34,318 nucleotides of DNA from a virus (IMGVR_UViG_3300015203_000021:1-34318), one strand, 5' to 3'. Positions 7,459 to 16,749 are shown, counted from the stretch's first letter. Notes: generated from the sequence alone by a model not told the origin. Translations and numbers: made by a program.

Positions 7459-9691
7459 TCATCCACCACCTTGCGCGCTTACCTTTTCGACGGCAAAGGT
7501 GTACTTCATACCCCAATTTTCGCAAAATCGTTCCCGCACGTCCGGTGTCGGTTCCACTAGTGGTCAAAGTTCCGAGCGGCCCAAAACCGGCCCCCATCAC
7601 CTCACTTAAAGTAAAGCATTCAATGTCGAATTTTCGGTCCTTTTCAGGTAGCATTTTTTGTTCGTCGAAATACTCCTGAGCCTGGTCAAAAAGTAGGTCA
7701 ATTTTCTCGCGCTTAGTTTGGGCTTCGAAGGCTTGTTCCACGACCTTTGAATCGGTGAAATAAAGCGGCTCGCCAAGGTCATATAAAAACTTAGCTTCAG
7801 CGAAAAGTTGATCCCTGACTTTAGCTAATTCTTTAGGCCTGCATTGACCGATTTTTACCGGAAGGAAACGACGGTTTCCGGTCGGGTCATTTAGGTACTC
7901 TCTTTGGTTGGTTGAACCAATAAACAAACCTTGACGTGGCATATCGCCCATCTTCTTTCCATAAGGTAAACGAATGCGGTCAATGGTGCGAGTGATGAAG
8001 CTTTTAAGCGATTCAAAGTCAGCTCTTCGCATGGACGAAAGTTCGCCCAGTTCCACAATCCACTTACCTTGAATGGTCATGACGGCGTCTTTGTCGTGGA
8101 TGTTGAATTCCTGATCGGTGAACCATTCTCGGCCGGCCAACGCCTCAAGAAGCGTTGATTTCATAAGGCCTTGCTTACCCTCTAGGATCATCACGTAATC
8201 GAATTTGATGCCCGGGTGGTACACACGCGCCACCAAGCCACAAAGAACAAGCCTTGATACCGCCTTGAGGTATTCAGAGGGCTCCTCGGCATTAGCGTAA
8301 TCTTTAAGCCAATTCTCAATTCTTGACTCACCATCCCAAGTAAGGGACTCTAAATAATCCTTAACCGGGTGAAATGAGTTCTCGTGAGCTAAAGAAAGCA
8401 CCGCCTCGTTAATTCGGTCAGTTGAAGGCTCAAATCTAAAATGTTCAGCCACCCAAAGCTTGATACGAATCAGGTCGATATCGGCTAACTCGCGCCCTTT
8501 ACGGCCGCCCCAAGGCGTATCAGCGCGGTAAAGATCCCGCACCAAAAATTCGTTTTGGATGATGGGCCCTGCCATCCCCTCAACAGAATTAGCCAAAATC
8601 AAACGCACGTTTTTAACTGTGTTCTTAGGTTTGCCGGCGTCATTGTATTCAAGATCGTTTTGCCAGTTACGCACAAGCTCTTTAACCTCAAGCGGGGGAG
8701 GCAGTGGAACAGCTTCAAATTGCGTCACGGGTGAATGCTCCATTTTGGCTTTGGCTAGTGAATAGCGGGAAATCCACAAAGCCGCGCGGTCACGGCTTGA
8801 GGTCTTAGCGTGGTCAAACCCCACATCACCTAAGAAATATGACCGATCAGTCAGAACCGTTAGAATCTCGTCATCGCTAAAGCCTTTCTTAACCATGGCG
8901 ATGGCGGCTAGGTAGGCGCCAAGGGATCTATCCTCACAGTCAATGCCCGTTTCGATTAATTCTTGCGCTTTTTTGTCCAAACGTCCTAAATCCACGTTCT
9001 CAACCACATTAAATTTGAATTCGCTGGGCTTATCCGGAACTTTTGTGGTGACGGATAGGCCCCCGATGTCAAAAAGTAAGGGGGGTGATTTTTCCGATTT
9101 TTCAGCCCAAATGTAGGGCTTTCCAGAATCGGGGTGAATCGATGGTGGGAGCACAACTTGTTGCCCTTCGCCCATAAGACAAATTTCCCATGCGGGTCTC
9201 GCGCGCATTCCTTTTTTCAGGGCTTCCGGCTCAACCCATTCGATATCCCGTTTGGAGGGCTTAGCCGATGGCATGTGGACGCCCACGACGTCAGTACTCA
9301 CCTTAAGTTTGGCCGCCCGGGCCGGCTCAGTGGTGAGCACATAGACGTGCATCGACCCATTACCCCGACCCGACTTGACCACGGGGGATATATCCCACCA
9401 AGGGCAAATCTCTTTGAGTGCCGCGAGCATTTGGTCTAGGTGTTTTGGATCCGTGCTCTTGACATCACAATCAATGACTGCAAGAAAACCTTGGTCATTA
9501 ACTCTTGACACCCGGCCCAGACGAACGCCCACGTTCAACCCTGGTTTGTAGCTTTCAGCCAGTTGCTTCCAGGTTGAGCGTGGGCCCGATGTCCAACCCC
9601 CTAAAAGCGGAATCTTAGATTTCTCACGAAGCCAGTGAATTGCCATACCAAGATCGTAAAGGTTTTTAATTTCAATTAGATCTATTTGCAT
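7433..9691 (-). CDS. Primase-helicase: N-terminal Prim-Pol (AEP) domain plus VapE/VirE-type P-loop helicase
   Basis: N-terminal NVGV, VIDCDVK, SGRGNGSMHVY, QVVLPPSIHPDSGKPY. C-terminal FHPVKDYL..L.WDG..R, LEGKQGLMKST, WIVELGEL, GSTNQREYLNDPTGNRRF. Confidence 0.9.
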   Translation of the reverse strand: MQIDLIEIKNLYDLGMAIHWLREKSKIPLLGGWTSGPRSTWKQLAESYKPGLNVGVRLGRVSRVNDQGFLAVIDCDVKSTDPKHLDQMLAALKEICPWWDISPVVKSGRGNGSMHVYVLTTEPARAAKLKVSTDVVGVHMPSAKPSKRDIEWVEPEALKKGMRARPAWEICLMGEGQQVVLPPSIHPDSGKPYIWAEKSEKSPPLLFDIGGLSVTTKVPDKPSEFKFNVVENVDLGRLDKKAQELIETGIDCEDRSLGAYLAAIAMVKKGFSDDEILTVLTDRSYFLGDVGFDHAKTSSRDRAALWISRYSLAKAKMEHSPVTQFEAVPLPPPLEVKELVRNWQNDLEYNDAGKPKNTVKNVRLILANSVEGMAGPIIQNEFLVRDLYRADTPWGGRKGRELADIDLIRIKLWVAEHFRFEPSTDRINEAVLSLAHENSFHPVKDYLESLTWDGESRIENWLKDYANAEEPSEYLKAVSRLVLCGLVARVYHPGIKFDYVMILEGKQGLMKSTLLEALAGREWFTDQEFNIHDKDAVMTIQGKWIVELGELSSMRRADFESLKSFITRTIDRIRLPYGKKMGDMPRQGLFIGSTNQREYLNDPTGNRRFLPVKIGQCRPKELAKVRDQLFAEAKFLYDLGEPLYFTDSKVVEQAFEAQTKREKIDLLFDQAQEYFDEQKMLPEKDRKFDIECFTLSEVMGAGFGPLGTLTTSGTDTGRAGTILRKLGYEVHLCRRKGKRARWWMRGVTPVGV

Positions 9692-9909
9692 TTGCCGGCC
9701 CTGCTACTTTTGGCACTGAGTGCTGCGCACTCACGCACAAGGTCATCAATACTAATACCCGAGAGTTGCGCGATTTTAAGTAAGATTGCGGTACGGGGAA
9801 TATTCCCGCGTTCTAACCAAAAGTAGATGGTGCGTTTGTCTACCTTTAAAATCCTAGCCGTTTCAACAACGCCCCCATTGTCATCGACCCATTCTTGTAA
9901 TTGACTCAT
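9682..9909 (-). CDS. Cro/XRE-like HTH regulator
   Basis: GGVVETARILKVDKRTIYFWLERGNIP; GGAGG RBS; first gene of the leftward unit at the divergence point. Confidence 0.75.
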   Translation of the reverse strand: MSQLQEWVDDNGGVVETARILKVDKRTIYFWLERGNIPRTAILLKIAQLSGISIDDLVRECAALSAKSSRAGKCK

Positions 9910-10029
9910 CTAACCTCCCGAAAATCAAAGCCACGAAAAAAATATTCAATGTGCGCTTTACAACATAATCTTTTTTAGATACTTCTCAAGTTCAAGCAGA
10001 AGAAAAATCACGAAGGGCTGAAAAAGAAA

Positions 10030-11334
10030 ATGAGTGCGGCAGAGAAATTATTTCCCGAAGGTTTAGTGCCGTATGATTTCCAAATTAATCGCGCGCTTCC
10101 TTGGGCTTTGGCTCGCAAGCGAACCTATCTTGCTCTTGATCCGGGCCTTGGTAAAACCATTTGCGCAGCGCTCATTATTAATAAATTAAATTTACCCACC
10201 ATCTACATTTGCCCACCGTTCATGCTTGGTAACGTAGAGCTAGAACTTAAAAAATGGCTCATACACGCCCAAGTAATTGAGCGCGTGGGCGAATGTAAAG
10301 TGGGCCCCGATGTATTGCTCGTCCCTGATTCTATTTTAACCCGGGCTGAAGTTTTAAGCGAAATTGCAAATTTCTCGAAAGGAAAAAATGTTATCCTCAT
10401 CGTGGACGAAGCGCATAGGTTTAAATCTCCAACCGCTAAGCGCACTAAATCGCTTTTGCAAAAGATTCTTCCGCTTTCGACACGGACTATCTTCCTTTCC
10501 GGTTCCCCGCTCCCCAACGGACGCCCTATGGAACTCTTTCCGATACTTGCAACCTGCGCACCCGAAACTATTGGTGGACGAAATTTCTGGGACTTCGGAA
10601 AGTATTTTTGTAATGGATTTGAAGGTACCTTTGGTTGGGATTTCTCGGGAAGATCTAACTTCATCGAATTCTGCCAAAGTATTAAACGTGATTTCTTGCT
10701 CAGAATTCGAAAAGCGGAAGTGCTTAGCGACCTCCCGCCTAAAATCGAATCTATAGTTTTTATTGACCACAGACTGCCAAAAGAGCTAGCTGAACTTGAA
10801 CGCAAAGTTTTAGCTAAATACATACCAAGCGAATTAAGCGAGGTTATTGGTGACGAACATCTCACCACTTACAGAAAGGATTTAGGTTTTGAAAAAGTTT
10901 TACCTACGGCAAAATTCGTCCGGGACATTCTCACTGACTCCGACGAATCCGTCCTACTATTTGCCATCCACAAGGACGCCATTGCAAGGCTCACTACCGA
11001 GCTTAAAGACTCCGACCCGCTTATCATTACGGGCTCCGTCGATAAGGACGAGCGATTTAGGCGTGCGCAGACGTTCCAAAAGGACAATAATCGTCGGCTC
11101 ATGATTTTGAACATCCAAGCCGGCGGCGTTGGGTTTAATTTAACCAAGGCCACACGCGTAGTGTTCATGGAATTTGATTGGGTGCCGGAAGCTAATGTGC
11201 AAGCGGCCGATCGCGCGCACCGTATTGGTCAACGCGATTCAGTTTACGTAAATTACTTGGTGTTTAAAGAGAGTCTTGATTCACTTATGCTCACCACGAT
11301 TCTTCAAAAACAGAAAGCGATAAATAAAATATGA
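10030..11334 (+). CDS. SNF2-family (SF2) helicase
   Basis: LDPGLGKT, IVDEAH, LSGSP, AGGVGFNLT, QAADRAHRIGQ. Confidence 0.93.
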   Translation: MSAAEKLFPEGLVPYDFQINRALPWALARKRTYLALDPGLGKTICAALIINKLNLPTIYICPPFMLGNVELELKKWLIHAQVIERVGECKVGPDVLLVPDSILTRAEVLSEIANFSKGKNVILIVDEAHRFKSPTAKRTKSLLQKILPLSTRTIFLSGSPLPNGRPMELFPILATCAPETIGGRNFWDFGKYFCNGFEGTFGWDFSGRSNFIEFCQSIKRDFLLRIRKAEVLSDLPPKIESIVFIDHRLPKELAELERKVLAKYIPSELSEVIGDEHLTTYRKDLGFEKVLPTAKFVRDILTDSDESVLLFAIHKDAIARLTTELKDSDPLIITGSVDKDERFRRAQTFQKDNNRRLMILNIQAGGVGFNLTKATRVVFMEFDWVPEANVQAADRAHRIGQRDSVYVNYLVFKESLDSLMLTTILQKQKAINKI

Positions 11335-11564
11335 AAATGAAAAGCATTTTTGTGAACGATGATGGATTTGAATACGAAAATATAGCGGCTTTCGTAGAGT
11401 CACAAATCGAAAATACTTGGGGTGATAATGGGGAATTGGAAAATATGAAAGGCACCATTAAGGGTCTCTTAGAATTTGTTGGGAAGCTCTCTCAAACGCT
11501 GGTCGAGACGGGCGCCCTCAGTGACAGCCAGCTTTTTGAAGTTGTTAAGGGATACCGTCCATGA
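11331..11564 (+). CDS. Hypothetical protein
   Basis: ATGA-coupled to the helicase and to the next ORF. Confidence 0.65.
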   Translation: MKMKSIFVNDDGFEYENIAAFVESQIENTWGDNGELENMKGTIKGLLEFVGKLSQTLVETGALSDSQLFEVVKGYRP

Positions 11565-11818
11565 ATACAAGTTTGCAAATCTTTCTTGGCGCTTTTGCAG
11601 GTCTCGGAATCATGGCCAGTGTTGTTTGGACGATCACTTTTTGCGATTGGTTGCGTGGAGAAATAGCTAGGCGCAAGAAACGACACGAAGCTGTCGAGTA
11701 CAGACTTGCTGAAGTTAGCAATAGAGTTTCAATTATTACTGAAACGCTCGATAAATTGTGGGCGCTGGTGATCGTGTTGGATACTAAACATTCAAAGAAA
11801 ACGAGCAAGAAAATATGA
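11561..11818 (+). CDS. Hypothetical single-TM coiled-coil protein
   Basis: Hydrophobic N-terminus, basic stretch, heptads; ATGA-coupled. Confidence 0.6.
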   Translation: MNTSLQIFLGAFAGLGIMASVVWTITFCDWLRGEIARRKKRHEAVEYRLAEVSNRVSIITETLDKLWALVIVLDTKHSKKTSKKI

Positions 11819-12153
11819 ATACCGTTTTTTATGATTTGGGTGTTGTCGCATTTTGTTTTTTAGTAGTCTTTTTACTGTTGAAAACCATCCAGTCTATTTT
11901 AGATTGTGTGGATGGCCACATAAGCCGTCGCCGGATTTTACTTCGGCACACGCGTGAAATTGATATCCTCACTAGTTCAGTTACTAGGTTAGACACATCG
12001 GTCAATATTTTACAGACTATGAGAATACACAGTCACGAGTTCACTCCAATTTTTGCATATAAAAGCACTCATGGAGAAATTGTTTTTAGTATCAACCACA
12101 GTAATGCGGTTTCTAAAGATGGCATTGCTTACAACTATTACGCACAACTTTAA
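11815..12153 (+). CDS. Hypothetical single-TM protein
   Basis: LGVVAFCFLVVFLLL segment; ATGA-coupled; same architecture as the preceding gene. Confidence 0.55.
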   Translation: MNTVFYDLGVVAFCFLVVFLLLKTIQSILDCVDGHISRRRILLRHTREIDILTSSVTRLDTSVNILQTMRIHSHEFTPIFAYKSTHGEIVFSINHSNAVSKDGIAYNYYAQL

Positions 12154-12166
12154 GGAGAAAAATAAA

Positions 12167-12589
12167 ATGCAATTCACAATCAGTTTCACGGCCGATAGTA
12201 TCGAATCGCTTGCGGCACAACTAACGTCGGCCCTCGGTGGTATAACCCCCACTCAACCGGCTACGGCTGAATCCACTGAGCTTCCGATTAAAACTGAAGC
12301 ACCGGCTAAACCAAAACGCGCGAAGAAAGAACCCGAAGAAAAATTCGATCTTGATGACACATCTGAACCAAAAGAAGAGCCCAAATCCCAGACCAAAGCC
12401 ATTAAGCTCGACATGGAAGATGACATCATCCCGGCTTTCCAAGCATACAAGAAACGCAAAACCGAAGAGGTGGGATCAGAGAAAGCGCTTAAGCTCACCC
12501 GAAATATTTTGGCCAAATTTGGGGCTGAAAAATCTGTGCGCGATTTAAAGCCTGACCATTACGCCGATGCTTTGGCCATGGTAAGGTAA
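12167..12589 (+). CDS. Conserved-type phage protein of the DUF2800/DUF2815/PolA module
   Basis: TAAGGAG RBS before MQFTISF; low-complexity linker; C-terminal ILAKFGA.K.V.DL.P.HY..AL helical domain typical of this position. Confidence 0.7.
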   Translation: MQFTISFTADSIESLAAQLTSALGGITPTQPATAESTELPIKTEAPAKPKRAKKEPEEKFDLDDTSEPKEEPKSQTKAIKLDMEDDIIPAFQAYKKRKTEEVGSEKALKLTRNILAKFGAEKSVRDLKPDHYADALAMVR

Positions 12590-12596
12590 TTTCCTC

Positions 12597-13034
12597 TTGA
12601 AACTCTGTAGTACTTGTAAATGCGAACTCACCACGGAGAACGTAAATAAGGGTGATACTAAGTGTCGTTCGTGCAGAAGTGCTTATAGGAAAAAATATTA
12701 TGAGCAGGACAAGACTTCAGAGACTCAAAGATATAGTGAATGGAGAAAAGAAAATGCGGACCGAATCAACGAATACAAACGGGTCTGGCGCAAAACCAGA
12801 TCCCCGGAACAGCTCGAAGAAATACGGCGTAAACAACGGGAAGCCAACTTCAAACTACGCTGGGGTGAAAACTGGAAAGAAGCAAAAGAGGTTTACGAAC
12901 TCACCAAAGTTGTCCGAGACGACCCGGCTATCCTCGCAGCAAGTCCCGCCCGTCGACGCGCCAAACAAAAACGCGATTCAGGCTACAACCGTACCGACTG
13001 GGCCCGTCGTAAAGCCCGAGCATCTGAGCATTAA
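12597..13034 (+). CDS. CxxC-CxxC zinc-finger, basic helical protein
   Basis: KLCSTCK...KCRSCRSAYRKKYY; resembles the N-terminal part of HNH/endoVII proteins but has no nuclease domain. Confidence 0.55.
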   Translation: MKLCSTCKCELTTENVNKGDTKCRSCRSAYRKKYYEQDKTSETQRYSEWRKENADRINEYKRVWRKTRSPEQLEEIRRKQREANFKLRWGENWKEAKEVYELTKVVRDDPAILAASPARRRAKQKRDSGYNRTDWARRKARASEH

Positions 13035-13224
13035 GACGCTACGAAATGAATTGTGGGAAACAATCCAACTTATGAAAACCGGTAAAATTGATCCGAAAGT
13101 CGCCGATTCAATTACCCGTGGGTGCAACGGCATCATGCGTTCATATAAACTGCAACTTGACGTTGTGAACCACTTCGGTAAATTCGAAGAGGGTCAACAA
13201 TTTTTGGATGTTGAGAAAAAATGA
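12754..13224 (+). CDS. Hypothetical phage protein, disordered N-terminus with helical C-terminal domain
   Basis: GGAG RBS 8 nt before ATG 12754; C-terminal LRNELWETIQLMKTGKIDPKVADSI...KLQLD; ATGA-coupled to the DUF2800 gene. Start uncertain. Confidence 0.6.
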   Translation: MRTESTNTNGSGAKPDPRNSSKKYGVNNGKPTSNYAGVKTGKKQKRFTNSPKLSETTRLSSQQVPPVDAPNKNAIQATTVPTGPVVKPEHLSIKTLRNELWETIQLMKTGKIDPKVADSITRGCNGIMRSYKLQLDVVNHFGKFEEGQQFLDVEKK

Positions 13225-14423
13225 CCACAGCTCATGCCAAATATTCCGCTAGTGGAAGTTCTAGGTGGCTTGCATGCCCAGGGTCAATCAAGCTCTCTAT
13301 GAAGGCGCCACCTCCGCGCTCAAGCCCCTATGCAGAAGAGGGGACGCGCGCGCATGAATGCCTTGATAAAATACTAAAAACAGGCTCGCCGATTCGGACG
13401 CTAAAAGAGCTTGAGGCTAAATATGGTAGCGAGATGCTCGACCACGCGGCCACGGCTGCGGATTTGATTTTAACCGCCGCAATTGGTGCGGACTTCATGC
13501 ATTGTGAAACCAAAGTGGATTTGAGCTTTGTTCACCCGGGCGCTTTCGGTACCGTTGATGCCGCTGTCGTGCGTGAGTTTGACGAGCTAACGGTTATTGA
13601 TTTTAAATACGGCGCTGGTCACGCGGTAAGCCCCGAGAACAATTCGCAGCTCATTTACTACGCATTAGGGTTGGCTCATCTTCACCATTACAATTTCGCC
13701 AAGGTTCGGCTCGTCATTATTCAACCGCGGGTTGAAGGCGGCAAATGGTCCGAATGGACGATGAGCATTAGCGATTTAAAAACGTGGGCCGAGAAATTTA
13801 AACGCGGTATCCGAGACTGTGAAGCGCCCGATCCATATTTATTAGCGGGCGAACATTGTAAGTTTTGCCCGGCTAAAGTGATTTGTCCGGAAATTTCGAA
13901 CAAAGCTTTAGCTCAAGCTAAGTTGGAATTTAGGGCCGAACCCCCGGGGGCTTTAGAAGTCAAAGTGCCCGATGTAGGTGATTTAATTTTAGAGAGTGTT
14001 CCCGCTATTCTGGACGCAATACCGCGAGTTGAAACTTGGATTGAAGCCGTGAAGGAATACGCGTTTAATCAATTAAGTGCGGGTAAACCTATACGAGGAT
14101 ACAAACTGGTTGAAAAGCGCGGGACGCGAAAATGGTTAAAACCGGGGGAAGTTTTAAACGCTGAAGCAATTGAGCGTTTTGGTCCGAAATGCCTAACTGA
14201 ACCCGAGCTAAAATCTCCTGCGCAATTTGAAAAATTAGGCGAAGCTGCGGCCGAATTCGTAAAAGAGAATTCGACCTCCGTTTCCTCTGGCCTCACTATG
14301 GTGAAAGATACCGATAAACGTCCGTCGACCTCTCAAGTTCAGATAGATTTTGCCGAGCCGGTTCAGTCTGAATCAGCTTGGAAATCAAAAAACATCACGA
14401 AAAAAGGAAAGAAAAAGACATGA
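13221..14423 (+). CDS. DUF2800 family PD-(D/E)XK (Cas4-like) exonuclease
   Basis: HAKYSASGSSRWLACPGS, AEEGTRAH, FGTVDA, VIDFKYG, QL.YYA, IIQPR, HCKFCPAK..CP. Confidence 0.9.
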   Translation: MTTAHAKYSASGSSRWLACPGSIKLSMKAPPPRSSPYAEEGTRAHECLDKILKTGSPIRTLKELEAKYGSEMLDHAATAADLILTAAIGADFMHCETKVDLSFVHPGAFGTVDAAVVREFDELTVIDFKYGAGHAVSPENNSQLIYYALGLAHLHHYNFAKVRLVIIQPRVEGGKWSEWTMSISDLKTWAEKFKRGIRDCEAPDPYLLAGEHCKFCPAKVICPEISNKALAQAKLEFRAEPPGALEVKVPDVGDLILESVPAILDAIPRVETWIEAVKEYAFNQLSAGKPIRGYKLVEKRGTRKWLKPGEVLNAEAIERFGPKCLTEPELKSPAQFEKLGEAAAEFVKENSTSVSSGLTMVKDTDKRPSTSQVQIDFAEPVQSESAWKSKNITKKGKKKT

Positions 14424-14986
14424 GCACCGATCCAAAATATTGTGTAACCCCCCGTTTCAGAGTTAGTTATCCCCAAGTGTGGGAAGCCAACACCCGCTTT
14501 GAAGGGCAAAAGAAAAAATTCTCCATCACTATGCTATTTGATAAAAAAGAGGATTTGAGCGCGCTTAAGAAAGCGTTCACCAATGCCGCAATTGACGAGT
14601 GGGGCGCTGATAAATCTAAATGGCCAAAAAAGTTTCGTAGCCCGTTTAAAGACGGCGATGAGAGCCAAGACAAAATTGGTTACGCTGGCACTATCGTAGT
14701 GGCCGCTTCAGCTAATGAGGATAGCCCGCCACAAATCGTAGATCAGGCCACGCGCCCGATTCTTAACCGAGGCGATTTCTACGCCGGTTGCTACGCGCGT
14801 GCATCGATTAGGGCTTTTGCTTACGACAAGATGGGCAATTCGGGCGTTTCTTTTGGTCTTATCAATATTCAAAAGCTTGACGATGGTCCTAAGTTTTCCG
14901 GTCGCAAAGACGCGGCCGATGAATTTACGGCGATTGATACGGATGATCTTGACCAAAATGCTTTAGATGACGATTTGCTTTTGTAA
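14420..14986 (+). CDS. DUF2815 family ssDNA-binding protein
   Basis: RVSYP, PFKDGD, FYAGCYARA, GNSGVSFGL.NIQK..DG..F.G, acidic C-terminal tail; ATGA-coupled start at 14420. Confidence 0.9.
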   Translation: MSTDPKYCVTPRFRVSYPQVWEANTRFEGQKKKFSITMLFDKKEDLSALKKAFTNAAIDEWGADKSKWPKKFRSPFKDGDESQDKIGYAGTIVVAASANEDSPPQIVDQATRPILNRGDFYAGCYARASIRAFAYDKMGNSGVSFGLINIQKLDDGPKFSGRKDAADEFTAIDTDDLDQNALDDDLLL

Positions 14987-14993
14987 TTAAAAT

Positions 14994-15050
14994 TTGTGCG
15001 GCGGTCCGGTTGCGATTAACGGTTAAAGACAGATGAAAGCCGCCGCACAA
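14994..15050 (+). other. Intergenic stem-loop
   Basis: TTGTGCGGCGG (14994-15004) pairs with CCGCCGCACAA (15040-15050); the 35-nt interior contains TTAAC-G-GTTAA. Confidence 0.6.
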
Positions 15051-15073
15051 TTTGTCTTAGAGGGGAGAGGGGT

Positions 15074-15313
15074 ATGAATTGCAATTTAGGGCACATAGAG
15101 TCTATTGCGGCTTTAGATTTACGTTACGATATTAACGCCGAAATCCACATTCAATCTTTAAGTGCCATGATTAATGAAATTCTCATTGCGCGCAAACTTA
15201 TCGCACATCTGCGCCGAGAAGGTTTTTCAAAACTTAGTCATGAGAGTGAATTCGAATCGGCTAGCGAAAGAACTGATTTAAATCTACTCTCTTGGAAATC
15301 AGGTCACAAATGA
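15074..15313 (+). CDS. Hypothetical protein
   Basis: G-rich RBS; ATGA-coupled to the next ORF. Confidence 0.6.
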   Translation: MNCNLGHIESIAALDLRYDINAEIHIQSLSAMINEILIARKLIAHLRREGFSKLSHESEFESASERTDLNLLSWKSGHK

Positions 15314-15567
15314 CCACAACTATTTTCGAACCACCTACAATGGAAGAGGTTCAAGAAGCGGCCGACAGACTTAAATCACACAACTGTATTCTGTGTAATT
15401 TAAAAAGTGACGGGGTTGCCTGTTATCAACCAAAGGAACCACAACCGGTTACTGGCCTTCAGAAAATATTTTATGTCTGGTGTATGGCGTGTCTAGTAAA
15501 GCACGGCGCGCAAGCCGCCGAAGTTTTTGAAACCAAAGTACAAGAACATTTCCGGGGGTTAAATTGA
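15310..15567 (+). CDS. Hypothetical CxxC..CxxC protein
   Basis: CILC and CMAC; coupled start at 15310. Confidence 0.6.
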   Translation: MTTTIFEPPTMEEVQEAADRLKSHNCILCNLKSDGVACYQPKEPQPVTGLQKIFYVWCMACLVKHGAQAAEVFETKVQEHFRGLN

Positions 15568-15728
15568 AAAATAATAACGCACAAATTGAAACCATACGAA
15601 TGCAGCTTGATCGAGTTAAGGCACTCATTGATCTTTCCAGAAAAGAAATGTTTAAAGAGCGTCCGCGTGCAAGTTACGTTTTAATTCGAATTGAGAAAGC
15701 GCTTAAGATTGCAGAAGCCGTAAAATGA
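15564..15728 (+). CDS. Hypothetical 54-aa helical protein (not in ORF track)
   Basis: TTG start overlapping the previous TGA; MKNNNAQIETIRMQLDRVKALIDLSRKEMFKERPRASYVLIRIEKALKIAEAVK; stop overlaps the next ATG. Confidence 0.55.
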   Translation: MKNNNAQIETIRMQLDRVKALIDLSRKEMFKERPRASYVLIRIEKALKIAEAVK

Positions 15729-15934
15729 AACCTATAGTGTGTTTAGCTCCCGATGGAACCCTCGAAGTTTGGTCTATGGTGCATTCAACTTGTGCCACTT
15801 GCACGATGGACAAATTTGTTTTCTTTAAGGTCGAATACTATGCGCCGTACGATGAAAACTATCGCTATTGGGCTATTGTTTCTGCGGTTAATCGTCCCGT
15901 GTTTTGGGGCCGCGAGATTTTAGGAGAGTTATGA
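15725..15934 (+). CDS. Hypothetical protein
   Basis: Coupled at both ends in a chain of overlapping ORFs. Confidence 0.55.
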   Translation: MKPIVCLAPDGTLEVWSMVHSTCATCTMDKFVFFKVEYYAPYDENYRYWAIVSAVNRPVFWGREILGEL

Positions 15935-16284
15935 CCAACCTCGAAAAGGCCCGAGAGATTCTTTATAAAGCAGCCCGATTTCATTTCGATTGCGATGGAG
16001 ATTTCCCATTAAATGAGCATCTAGAAGCTCTAGACAAAGCTTGCGGGCTTTCAGAAGCTCTGGATGCATTAACTTCTAGTAAATCCGCGCAGCAACTTCT
16101 AGTAGAATCTGTGCATTGGCCAGCAGATGAGGAGTTAGCCAAAGCGGGTTGGTACCACATGCACGCAATGTCTGGAGATCCAGATGCAACATGGGAAGAA
16201 ATACCGGAATGGCAACGCGACGAATTCCGTTTATTTGTCGAGGGGCTTAAACAACGCTGTGGACGCGTGGGAGAAGAGGGATGA
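15931..16284 (+). CDS. Hypothetical protein
   Basis: AGGAG RBS before ATG 15931; coupled. Confidence 0.6.
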   Translation: MTNLEKAREILYKAARFHFDCDGDFPLNEHLEALDKACGLSEALDALTSSKSAQQLLVESVHWPADEELAKAGWYHMHAMSGDPDATWEEIPEWQRDEFRLFVEGLKQRCGRVGEEG

Positions 16285-16439
16285 TTAGGACTACGAAACC
16301 CAAAAGAACCTCAGTTGAATTCCCGCCTATTGTCGTGGCTGCTCTTATCAAGGCGGCTCAGCACCGAGGCATTTCGGTGCAGTCGTTATTAAAGCTTTGG
16401 ACCTACGATAGTCTTCAAAAAAGCGGGTACGTATTATGA
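16281..16439 (+). CDS. CopG/BrnA-like ribbon-helix-helix protein, 52 aa (not in ORF track)
   Basis: MIRTTKPKRTSVEFPPIVVAALIKAAQHRGISVQSLLKLWTYDSLQKSGYVL fits the RHH strand-helix-G-S-helix pattern; coupled start. Confidence 0.65.
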   Translation: MIRTTKPKRTSVEFPPIVVAALIKAAQHRGISVQSLLKLWTYDSLQKSGYVL

Positions 16440-16485
16440 CCACCCAATCCGCCCTCCAAAATAACAGTAGAGTGAACAGGGGAAG

Positions 16486-16749
16486 ATGATGAGTGTCTTT
16501 CAATGCGAAGAATGCGGATGCGCTGAGAATACGGCTCTAGGTTGGTATCATTGCCGAACCATGAATTTAGTTGATGAAAAATATTACGGTAAGAAATTGT
16601 GTTCTGTCTGTGGCCCTACTCATTATAAAGATGGAACTAAAATACCAAAAATGGGCAAATGGCACGGAAGATTTGAACGCACATTCTATCCTAAAGGTTC
16701 GATGGAAACTAACGGTGTTGGCAATCTCGTACCAAAGGAGTCCAAATGA
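16486..16749 (+). CDS. Cys-rich hypothetical phage protein
   Basis: MSVFQCEECGCAENTAL...LCSVC...GKWHGRF. Confidence 0.65.
   Translation: MMSVFQCEECGCAENTALGWYHCRTMNLVDEKYYGKKLCSVCGPTHYKDGTKIPKMGKWHGRFERTFYPKGSMETNGVGNLVPKESK

Noticed and set aside
10203-11168. Long antisense ORFs over the helicase (also over the portal, primase, polymerase and fibre genes)
   Set aside because: Shadows of well-supported genes, with no motifs or RBS.
13221-14423. Cas4 as a sign of a CRISPR system
   Set aside because: It is the usual DUF2800 exonuclease of the DUF2800-DUF2815-PolA module; no cas genes or array are present.
14994-15050. tRNA or hammerhead ribozyme (also considered for 25125-25187)
   Set aside because: No cloverleaf or T-loop GTTC, and no CUGANGA core.
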